From positions 1 to 64,000 of the forward strand of contig JANJGN010002529.1 in assembly GCA_026770705.1 (NCBI GenBank): 64,000 nt of DNA. The letters are read 5' to 3'. The position numbers and the translations under genes are program-made. This stretch comes from Isurus oxyrinchus (lineage: Eukaryota). The notes under the pieces are model-generated. The model was given only the letters and a program-made list of their open reading frames with translations, was not told where the DNA came from and did not search any database. Below, piece by piece: positions 23,671-34,300 of the stretch (position 1 is its first letter; the number at the start of each line of letters is the position of its first letter).

Positions 23671-24879
23671 CAAACATACAACACCTCCTGGAAGTTCCCC
23701 TCCAAGCCACACACCAAACTAACTTGGAAATATGTCAGCCGTTCCTGCACTGTCGCTGGGTGAATTTCCAGGAACTCCCCCACTATCAGCACTGTCGGTT
23801 TGTCTACACCACAAGTTCAGCAGCGGTTCAAGAAGGCAGCTCACCACCACCAAGAGCAATAAGGGAAGGGCGATAAATGCTCATCCAGCTAGCGGCTCCC
23901 ACACCCCATAAATGAATGAAAAAACTCATCCTGCAGTTGGTCAAGTCAGCAGCGAGCGCCCTCCACTGGAGAACATCGGAACACCGCACGGGTACATACA
24001 GATAAACATACAAGAGCAAACATACATATACATTCAAATAGCCACATTAGGTGGCCACAAAAGATGCTGCTGATATTTTTTCGTTAAGTTTCAGAAACTG
24101 CGAGAGCGCAATTTCCCTCATATCGCTACTAGAGACTCATTCATCAATTTGAAGTTTTCATTGCAGCAGTGTACACCCACAGTGCTATTAGGGAGGGAGA
24201 CCCAGGATTTTGACGCAGCAACAATGAAGGAACGGCGATATATTTCCAAGTCAGGATGGTGAGTGATTTGGAGGGGAACTTCCAGGTGATGGTGTTCCCA
24301 TCTATCTGCTGCCCTTGTCCTTCTAGATTCCGTGGCCGCGGGTTTGGAATGTGCTGTTGAAAGAGACTTGGTGAGTTCCAGCAGTGCGTTTTGTAGATAC
24401 CATTCTGAAGCCATTCAGTGTATTGTTAGAGGAGATTGATCAAGGAATGAAAGACAAACAGAGACCGCTTACTTTATCCTGTGGAAATTAAGCTCCATTT
24501 CATTCTTGATTTGAAACGTTGAATCTAGTGATTTCGCACAAAACATCAACAAGCTCACAGCAATAGATTGCTTTTAACTGACTTCATTCACTGCAATAAT
24601 ACAAACTTAACCGTTGGACAATAAGAAATTAAATTCCTCACATACACTTCAGGTATTTAAACTTAACGTAGGAGATAACTGGTGAATTATTCAATAGGAG
24701 CAGCTGATCCCAGATGTATTGATTAACACGTTATTTTCAACAGTCACCAGGCTCACGAGGCCATTACATAACAAGGGAGCTGTTGCTAATTTCCAGAGGT
24801 ATACAATTAAACAGCAGAAATATTATATCAATCTCTAATGCATCCCTGGTTTTCTCACACATCTTTACCAATCCAACCC

Positions 24880-25059
24880 NNNNNNNNNNNNNNNNNNNNN
24901 NNNNNNNNNNNNNNNNNNNNNNNNNNNNNNNNNNNNNNNNNNNNNNNNNNNNNNNNNNNNNNNNNNNNNNNNNNNNNNNNNNNNNNNNNNNNNNNNNNNN
25001 NNNNNNNNNNNNNNNNNNNNNNNNNNNNNNNNNNNNNNNNNNNNNNNNNNNNNNNNNNN
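24880..25059. other. Assembly gap (180 N)
   Basis: Run of N. Confidence 1.
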
Positions 25060-26491
25060 ATTAGCCCATCATATTTGATGTTTCCGGGTGAAATCATGGA
25101 CACATCAATCCCAGGTCCTTTCGGGTTCTAACAAATATGTCCGCCCACAGCATCAACGCCATTAACCTTTCAGATCTTTGTCAGATGACACTATAAGGCA
25201 ATACTATAATTTTTCTTTGTTGTACTGACAAAGGGTTACTCGAGGTGGTGAGGATGAAAGTAATTAACTCGATGATTGAGAAGAATGAGAGTCGTTCTAC
25301 AGGATCGGTAACCATTTTCCACATGTGCCTCTTCCTGCAGTCATACACCCAGGTGTCTGAAACTGCCGTTTCTTACCTACAAAGAGTGTTAAAATCATTT
25401 TCCAGTCAAGACACTTTCCAAACCGTTCGGTTTCCTTGGTTGCTCTGCCCTGATAGAGGGAGATTATGAATTCTGCTGTGGGGAATGATAATTTCCGGCA
25501 CCACGGAATCCAATCATTCCTGGTATTCGGATTTGAGCCTCTTTCCCCACCTGCGCCGTCCCCTGCTCGCTTAGGGATATACTATCTGCACCACAGGCCG
25601 CTGTAAATGCAAACTAATCATGCAAAACAATCGTTATCATCCAACTTATTTTTCTTAAGTCAGAACAGCTCCATGGAAATATAAGGGTGAAAGCCCCAGC
25701 AGGGTGCATTATATTTCAGATATTGGTTCTGAAATACCAGCAGGATATTTTTCCTGGAAAACCATCTGGATCGGTGCTCGATTCACCTTTTAATGTTTTG
25801 AAGTGCCAGCGACTGGCAAACGCGAGGCCTGTGATGTTTGTTTTTACGACCGTTTGTCGCCTGTGCCATTATCAGAGAGCTGCATGTTTATTAACACTCT
25901 CCCTCGGTATCCCAATAAGTGATTCTGCCCCTGACATGTGATCACTCTTTAATATCAGAGCAAAAATACCTAAAAAAACTTTCTACGTTCAGTTATTCCC
26001 TGTCGAAATCGAAATCAGATGCTCTCCGCGTCCCTTTATTGTAACAATTGTCGTGTTATATGCTGAGTCTAGGTAAAAATTTGCGTTGTATATTTTATAT
26101 GTTACATCTAGTCCCAGACTTGGATAAATTCTATATTTTGTTACAGGAATGAATGGCGAAGAATGTCCTCCGGTCTGCCTGAGTTAACGGCCTGGAAGAA
26201 CATTTCATAATGTTAGGCTTTAGTTACTGAATATCTGAGAACCTTCTCTACCTCTGTTCACACATCAACATTCCGGGTGAACTTCGAGACATTTACTGAG
26301 TAGATAGAGCTCCGGACATGAAGATAAGGCTCAAGATTTCCCAGACCTGTTCCCTGTTGATGTGGAGAAGGACAAAAACAGCAATGCAATTGTTTGATAA
26401 ACAAACCTGCTAATCTTTGTTCTCAGTCGGCTTTGTTTCCCGCAGATGAAAGAGCCAAAGACAAATTAATAGAGCTGTGAACACTCGCTGA

Positions 26492-27068
26492 GCTTACTGT
26501 CCGGGTTCTTCGATTTTATCTGACATTGTGTCTCGCTGCACATGAGTTGACCGCCCGGTCCTCCACACCCAGGCTGCTTACATTGAGGTAAATGGGCTGT
26601 GCAGCCTGGTCAGCAGCAGCCAGATATCGTTCTCAGATTTTCAATCCCTTCAGTGCTGCTGCTTTGCTAATGATCCAGCTTGGAGGCTGTGCCGGTTTCT
26701 GCCAATACTGTTACATGATGTATAAATACAGGGTTTTATATCCGCAGTCTCACTTCACCAAACCCCCTTCTGACACGGCCAGTGTCACCAGAGACTCTGT
26801 TACTGCATCTGCACATAGTCCACCTGTGAAGTTAGAGGAACAAAATCCAGGAGGTTAAACCGGATCGATCTAAACCTGTGTTTAGCTGTATGAGTTTATG
26901 TAAATTCCCACCTACCAAACTGTCCATAATATGCATATACAGGATCGCTAACAACATTGAATACCTGTACAAGCTGCAATTGGATCAGTGTGTTAATTTG
27001 TTTATTTTAATGATGAACATAATCCAGCATTGACAGTCCAAGACAGCTGTCAGTATTATCAGAAATAT
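26492..27068 (-). pseudogene. TCR V pseudogene (family shared with the 29.7-kb and 32.9-kb Vs)
   Basis: Leader remnant with ATG>ATA at 27068. Exon from 26823 reads GLCADAVTE..VK*DCGY..PPSWII..RYLAAADQ..LGVEDRAVNSCAAR with several stops. RSS: CACAATG, 23 bp, ACAGTAAGC. Confidence 0.88.
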
Positions 27069-28080
27069 GTCTGACTGAATCTTTCTCAGTGAATGTGAAT
27101 TCAACGATCCAGAGATTGAGAAGTGGAGAAGGAACCCGGGCTCTGTTCAGTTCATTGTTTCACGTGCACACTGCAGAGGGCTGGGGCCATTGCAACATCA
27201 CTCAAGAAACCATCCCTATTGGCTTTGGTGTTCGTTTCACGAGACTTGGTGATGCCCTGGACGCCCTCTACTGGCGAAGTGTGTTCGGACCTGTTTAGAA
27301 TGGGGCCATTGATAAGTGGAATGTGGTCATTGATAGGATCTAGGGCTTCTTGGTTTTCATATTAAAGGGCCAATGTCAGACAATCTCTCACAGGAATCGA
27401 ATTTGGACCTGAGTAGTCGTTGTCTGTATTGTTTTTGATGTTACTGACAGGAATTGATGCTAAATGTGAGGAGATGTTGGAATGTTGGCAATATCACGGG
27501 ACTAGTAATCCAGGATCCAGGCCAACACTTTGGGGAACACGGGTTCAAATCACACCACGACAGCTGATGGAACTTAAATTCAATTAATAAATCTAGAGTA
27601 TAAAACTAATCTCGGTAATGGTGATAATGAAGTGATGACATCGATTGACACCGAATACCTAGTTCACCAATGCCTTTTGGGAAGGAAATTTGGCATCCTT
27701 GTCTTGTCTGACCAACACGTGACCGAAGACCCACTATAGACTGATATTTCAAAACAAACATTATTTGTTCTTTTTCCCTGGGTTCTTTCCATAACAGTGG
27801 TACAGGGAAAAACCTGATTACAGGCGGCCTACAGGGGTTTGTATTCTCAATGGGAGTTGTGCGTTTCCAGAGAGCCCAATCAAACAAAAGCCAATTTTGA
27901 CCTCACACAATGAATACACTAATCAGACTGAATCAGTATTCGATGTGAGTGATTTTAGATGGTGTTTATGTGGATTGTGCTCGGGGTCTGCGGGCACAGA
28001 ATGGATTCACGTGCCAGTGTCTGACCCGTTGTTATAAACAGCCCTCAGCAGATAGCAACTGCGACCCAGAAAGCTGCAGC

Positions 28081-28417
28081 AGTTGTTGTACGAGGGTTCC
28101 GCTCGGTTCCATCGCTGTGAGACTCTGTGCACACTAATAGACCGTGGTGTCAGACAGCTGCAGCTCCGAGATGGTCAATCGATACAACTTGCCTAACTGG
28201 TGGACTGTATCAGAAAACCGGTCCTGAGCGAAATCTGCCTTCAGTTCACAACTGCCGCTCTTGTGCCTGCAGATTGCAAACTCGGACTGTATGCCTGGGC
28301 CTTGTTGGTACCAGAAATAGTAATAAACATCGTCAGTATAGGTGCAGGTTAAAATGACATATTTTCCCACTGCCTGTGAGGATTCGGCGTGAGTAACAGA
28401 ATCTCCATGGATCAGAT
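28081..28417 (-). pseudogene. TCR V pseudogene with 23-RSS
   Basis: DLIHGDSVTH..ILTCTY..FWYQQGPG..LQLSDTTVY*CAQSL. RSS: CACAGCG 28119-28113, 23 bp, ACAACAACT 28089-28081. Confidence 0.92.
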
Positions 28418-29703
28418 CTGGAAGACACGGTTAATGAAAACGGAAACCATCGACTAAAAGTTCGACTAAAAAGAACTGACACTGAAAATTTTGCTCATCT
28501 CCTCCTTCTGACAGTGAATTCCATATTCTAAAGGAGAAAGAAGTTTCTCATGAATTCCCCTTTGGGTCTTTCTGTGACTCTTATTTATGAGCCAAAGTTT
28601 TGGAATTCTCCTCAACTGTATGCATCTTTCCCATATCTTCCCGATCGAAACCCCTCCTCATGTTAAAGAGCTCTATCCGGTTACCCATCAGTCTTCTGAT
28701 TACTCGAGGAAATACGCCCAGTCTCTTCAGTGTTCTTCGAGAGTTATTATCTCTCAATTCTGGCATCAGCATTGTAATTAATTTTTACATTGTGTTTTAC
28801 GTTTCTTTATTCTTCTTATAAGGAAGATACCAAGTCTGCAGACAATAACTTAAGTGCACTCTAACGTAGGTCCAGCGCTTGATTAACGTGAATTCCCCAG
28901 TCATTTTCTTCATATTTATCCCTCCAGAAACTGAAGCCTTCTTCAAAAATGTTTTAAATTTCTTGCCGACAACGAATGTCACCCAGATCACAGCGGGAAC
29001 GGAGATACGCATTGCAGCTGCTCCGGGGTTTGGGGGACAATTTGTGCGTCAGAAACCCGCAGAATATGAAACAAGAAAAAGCTGAGAACACTGGCTGCTT
29101 CTGATCTGATGTCACTCCCTGCAGAACCTGCCAAAGGAAGAGCTGAGATCACTGGATCTCATTGGTCTGATGTCAATTCCATAACCACAAATCTATTGAT
29201 TTCCGAGAACTAAGACTTTAACGGCGCATTCTGCTGAGCAGAGAGGCCAGTAAATATAGACCCTTGATGACTAATTGATCTGAGAGATTGCTTGATATCT
29301 AATTGACCATCGTCTTAAAAAGTGCACTTGTTCAATGTGAATGAAGATATTCACGCCCCCGTCCAACGAAATAATAGAATTATTTTTCCCCAATAAAAAC
29401 TAATCAATCCACCCATCCACCAATCCATCCTGGGTCCACCTGAGTTAACGGTTCTGTAAGAGCAACCCAGAATTATCAGTTATAGGAACTCCACTTCTGA
29501 GAGCTTTCTTTGCCTCTGTTGGCAAATCGATATCCGCGTAATTTGGGAGCTATTTACCCTATAAAAGGCGGATGAAGATAAGTTTATATATTTCCCAAAT
29601 CTGCTTCTCTGTGGATTTGGACAAGGACAAACAGAACAATAAAACAGCGGTAAATAGACCTGTCTGTTTTGCTCCTCTGGAACCCGGGATCAAAAGCCGC
29701 TGA

Positions 29704-30012
29704 GGTTGTTTTACAAGATTCTAACTCTGTGCCTCACTGCACAGTAATAAACCGCACTCAGTTGGCTGATTTTGAGGTAACCGTTCTTTTGAGACTGGTC
29801 AGCAGCCGCCAGATATCGTCCTGAAATTTCATCTTTCTTCAGTGACATGATATTGGTAATAATCCAGTTTGCAGGCTGTGCCGTCTGCTGCCGATACCAT
29901 TGCAAGTAATACATATTCCGTTCTCTATATTCACAGTCTAACTGCAACGAACCCCCTTCTGACACCGTGATTGCAACCGGTGCCTCAGTTACTGGATGTG
30001 CGCATAGTATGC
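29704..30012 (-). pseudogene. TCR V segment: open exon with a 4-codon deletion, degenerate leader, apparent 12-RSS
   Basis: ILCAHPVTEAPVAITVSEGGSLQLDCEY..LQWYRQ..GYLKISQLS[VEDE missing]AVYYCAVR. RSS: CACAGAG 29731-29725, 12 bp, AAAACAACC 29712-29704. Confidence 0.85.
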
Positions 30013-30783
30013 CTTCAAGGTAGAGGAACGAAATATCAAGCGGTTAAACTGTGTTGATCAAAATTTGTTTGTGCTGTGTGAGCCCCGTCCCGCTGAACTG
30101 CTGATCCAAACAATGCCAAACAGAGAGCAGCGGCATCAAACTGCTCAATAACAGGGGAGGCAAGGCGGGTCAGAGCGACGGCAGCAAACGGAATGTGTGG
30201 GCGGCGCTAGAGCAGTAAATATTGTCACACATCGGACCCATTTGTAAGGAGTTGAATTCAATAATAATGTCCCCTTCGAAAGTGATATATCTCTGCCTCT
30301 CGATAATAACTGCTGTTCTTTCAGATTTATTCCAAATTGGAGGCGAGCAGGGTGAACACGTGTGTCAGCATTAGTAAATAATTCAATAATAAATTGAGTT
30401 TTCATTGGCTAAACCGTTTAAAACTGGGACAGGGCCTATGGACGGCTGGGTTAGCATAGTTCTGAGTTAATGTTCAACGAAGTATCAAAGGTTTGAAACC
30501 TTTAAACCAAAGTCCGATGAAGGAAATGTCTGAAAATATGGATAACGCGTGGAGACAGGGCGGGAGAAGGATCAAATCGGCAGGAAAGGCATCCAAAGAG
30601 AAAGAAGTGACGTAAGGCACCACAAATTGGTCCGTAATGTTAATGTTATTAAATGTGTAATTTGAAATCGCAAATTAATATTACTGTTGAAATTGTCATT
30701 TTTTATTCTTGTAGAAGGCTGTGTTTTTTTGCAACTTTTCTCACTGTGGAGGCGGGATTATTGCTTCTGTTTTTCGGTTTGAC

Positions 30784-30798
30784 AGCGCCCTCTGCTGA
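30784..30798 (-). promoter_or_regulatory. CTCF-like site just downstream of a V RSS
   Basis: TCAGCAGAGGGCGCT on the minus strand, about 25 bp beyond the nonamer. Confidence 0.65.
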
Positions 30799-30822
30799 CC
30801 ACTAACTGGAACTCTCAGTGTG

Positions 30823-31366
30823 GGTTTTTGTACGGTATCCGCTATATCTCTGCAGCAGTGTGGGGTCCATCGCACAGAAATATACCGCGCTGTCAGAGAT
30901 CAGGATGTTACTGATCATGAGTCCGGTAATCTTTACAGTTTCATTAAACATTGCTGAAAACCGATCACTGATGTCCTTATTTCTGAATGGTATCCCTCCC
31001 AGAATATAAAGCATGTACTGTGGAGGCTGCTCGGGGCGCTGACTGTACCAGTAAACATAATGGTTAGAAGTGCTTGTTTTCAATGTGCAAGCTACTGTAA
31101 TATTACTTTTCTCGTCAAACGTTATTGCAGCAACCGGCAGTTCCACTATGTCTTGGTGGCTCCAGTCTATCATAAAACAATAGCAATAACAACAATCAGT
31201 ATCAGCCTCATATTGATCAACATAATCATCACCATCACCATCAATATTGCTTTGTCAAGAACAACATCTGTGTTACAGTAATTAGAAGAAACGGATTATT
31301 CATGGGGAAGGAAATATTTACTGAGAAGTGACATAATGATGAGGAAAAAGCGAAACGGTTCCCCAT
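30823..31366 (-). CDS. TCR alpha/delta V segment with intact V exon; leader one base out of phase; 24-bp RSS spacer
   Basis: Exon from 31166 reads WSHQDIVELPVAAITFDEKSNITVACTL..VYWYSQRPEQPPQYML..ILISDSAVYFCAMDP. RSS: CACACTG 30862-30856, 24 bp, ACAAAAACC 30831-30823. Leader 31366-31322 is 45 nt where 46 would be needed. Confidence 0.85.
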
Positions 31367-32418
31367 GACAGTTCCTGAGTCTGTAACTCTGCAGTGCGAG
31401 GAGGCTTTTGTCGGAGCAGAAATACAAATCCCCACCCCACTGCACTACTGATCCAACCAATGACAGGAGTGGACCAGCGGCAGCAATTTCTCCAATAACA
31501 AACTCGAGTCAGAGCGAGAGCAGCAAACGGAAACTGTGGGAGGGGATACCGTAGACTCAATATTGTGAAGTGTGCGGTGACTCTCATCTGCACTCGGAAC
31601 TGATGGAGCGGAAATAGTGACTGTTGAACATTCAAGGTCAATGACTATCCCTCACCTGCTGACTGTTCAAGTGACTGACAACAAGTAAAGTGGGAGGGAC
31701 ATGAAGGAACTAGAATCATCGAATCTTAGAGCAAGAAATTGAGGCAATTCGGCCTATCATGTCTATGCCTCATGGGAAGAGTTATCAATTCATCTTTCAA
31801 CCCCACATTTTCCACGAAGGTCGGCAGTTTGTTTCTTCTTTGAAGTTGCATATAATTTTCTTCTAACTTACATATACTTTTCTTCTCTAAGTTTCTAATG
31901 AATATTTTGCCATCCCTTTAGACAGTACAATTCAGATTTGAACACATGGTAGTGTGATACGTGAATATAAACTTTCCCTGTCTCTTTTCTCTTAAACTTG
32001 GGTACTTGGATTATCGAATTTTCTCCCAGTGGAAACAACAGTACACGATCTGGTTCATCAAACCTCTCATAATTTTGAGTACTTCAATTAAGTACTTCCT
32101 TTAATTCTTTGACATAGGAATAGTATTACCAATTTCCTTCGTCCATTATTGGAGGCCGTCATTCCTGGTACCGTTCTGGTGTATTACCTCCAATATCTTG
32201 ACATTCAATGTAAATGGTGGTTCCCTGATCCATAAACAGCGAGTTATAAACGTTTAATATTATTTAAATATTGCATAAACACCAACGAAAAAAAGATTGA
32301 TTCTGATCAGCTCCCATTTAGACTTCTGGGAAAAAAATGACATTCATATTTTGATATGTAAATCAATAAACCCCAAATCCAATCAATGGCCCCCTTAACC
32401 GGATGAAAACAGAATCCA

Positions 32419-32433
32419 CCAGCAGAGGGCGCC
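32419..32433 (+). promoter_or_regulatory. CTCF-like site in the promoter region of the 32.7-kb V
   Basis: CCAGCAGAGGGCGCC, followed by GTCACGTG and AACGTCA motifs and a 46-bp tandem duplication (~32504-32597). Confidence 0.65.
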
Positions 32434-32680
32434 AAGCCCAAGCATGCTAATTAGAAAGTCACGTGTGGCCAACGTCAAGACCAATAGAGATGGTTTCCTG
32501 AGTGAGATCACAACGGGCCTGGCCCCCTGCAGTGTGTGGGTGGAACAATGAGATCACAACGGGCCTGGCCCCCTGCAGTGTGTGGGTGGAACAATGAGCG
32601 GAACAAAGCCGGTGTTCCCTCTCTCCTCTTCAATCTCTGGCTCATTCCATTCACATTCTCTGAAAGAGATTCGGACAGAC

Positions 32681-33179
32681 ATGTTTCTGATTATACTGGC
32701 GGCTGTCTGGGGCAGTAAGTACTGGATTATGTTAATCAAAACACATTAGCACATTGAGGCAAAGGGTTTGCACTAGCAATTAATAGGATTAACGAGCAGA
32801 TGTATACATATTATGAACAGCTTTGTTCATGGGAATTTGCGCAGTTATTTAGATGTTTAAATGGATCCTCTTTAACCGTATACTCTTCTGTTTCTCTATT
32901 TTCACAGGCGGACTGTGTGCCGATCCAGTAACTCAGACCCCAGTGATGTTAACCGTGTCAGAAGGGGGTTCGGTGCAGTTAGATTGCGAATATACAGACC
33001 AGGCTATAGACATTATGCAATGGTATCGGCATAAATCGGCACAGCCTCCAAGCTGGATAATTACCAAAGTAGTAGGACTGAGAAAAGATGAAATCTCAGG
33101 ACGATATCTGGCGGCTGCTGACAAGTCTAAACAGTCCGGTTATCTCAATATAAGCGGCCTGAGTGTGGAAGACGAGGCG
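32681..33179 (+). pseudogene. TCR V with intact leader, truncated before YYC; no RSS; fused to GPCR intron sequence
   Basis: Leader MFLIILAAVWG 32681-32714 (GTAAGT donor). Exon from 32908 reads GLCADPVTQTPVMLTVSEGGSVQLDCEY..MQWYRH..GYLNISGLSVEDEA, then unrelated sequence. Confidence 0.88.
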
Positions 33180-33408
33180 CAGTGGATAGAGGGCAGAGTT
33201 TGTGATCAGAACTGATTGTTTTGTCCTCTGTGTTGACAAATGTTCAATGCAACATTGGATGTCGAACAGTTAGCAACTAATTTGGAATAATTGGAGTCTG
33301 GAGGTGGTGAAGGGACTGATCATCAGAGTTTCAGCAATAGATTGGATGAGGCAGTAGATGGTGTCTGGAGTTCTCTCAGTTTTTTTTCTCTCTTTTTATT
33401 TCTTACAT

Positions 33409-34300
33409 CCAACTTAGTGGTGATTATAATCCTATCCCGAGGGCGGTGCGGGCTCTCCCGATGCATCACTAACTACCTGGTGGCGATAGCGGTGACCGAT
33501 GTCCTTGTCATGAGCGATGCCATTATCCTCAACCGGATTGGTGGCATTTACTTTAGGTATAGTGTCCTATCTACCACTCCAGGGTGCGCTGTCAGCACCG
33601 TGCTTGTCTATGCCACCCAGGATGTCTCAGTCTGGCTGACAGTGACCTTAATTTTTGACCGTTTTGTGTCCATCTGCAATCAGGGCCCGAAGACCAGATA
33701 CTGCACTGAGAAAACTGCGTTATTGGTTATAGGACTGGTCAGTGCCCTGGGCTGCACCAAGAACGTCCCTTTCTAGTTCACCTACCAGCCCTTGTATATT
33801 CTGGACGGGGTGTTTTCGTTCTGCGACATTAAGTCCAGCTACTATATTTTGCCCACCTGGCAGGTCTACGACTGGCTAGATCACATCTTGATCCCTTTCT
33901 TCCCGTTCCACCTCATTCTGCTGCTCAATACCCTGACCGTAAGGCACATCTTAGCAGAACACGCAGGATGCTCCGGGACATCGAGGGTCATGGAGACCCA
34001 GAGATTGCCAACTGCAAGAGGTCCATTGTCCTGCACTTCGCCACCTCCTTCAGCTTCCTCCTCCTGGTGGTCACCTATGTCGGACATTTCCTCTACGTGC
34101 AGGTTGTGGATGATGCCTATTTCACCGGCCTAGATTTCAATGACCCGCACTTCATCCTTCAGGAGACAGCCAACATGCTCCTGTTATTCAGTTCCTGCAA
34201 TAACATCTTCATCTTCGCAGTTGCCCAGACCAAGTTCAGGGATGAGCTGCAGAAGGTGCTGAAATGTCCCTTTGCGACCCTTGCCTTTTGCTTTAAATAG
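33409..34300 (+). pseudogene. GPR139-like GPCR pseudogene (exon 2 only)
   Basis: Paralogue of 42266-43167 (NLVVIIILSRGRCGLSRCITNYL..FDRFVSIC..). Stop at 33774-33776, frameshifting deletion near 33955, acceptor AG>AT, exon 1 absent. Confidence 0.9.

Noticed and set aside
24783-25131. ORFs spanning the N run
   Set aside because: Artefacts of the assembly gap.
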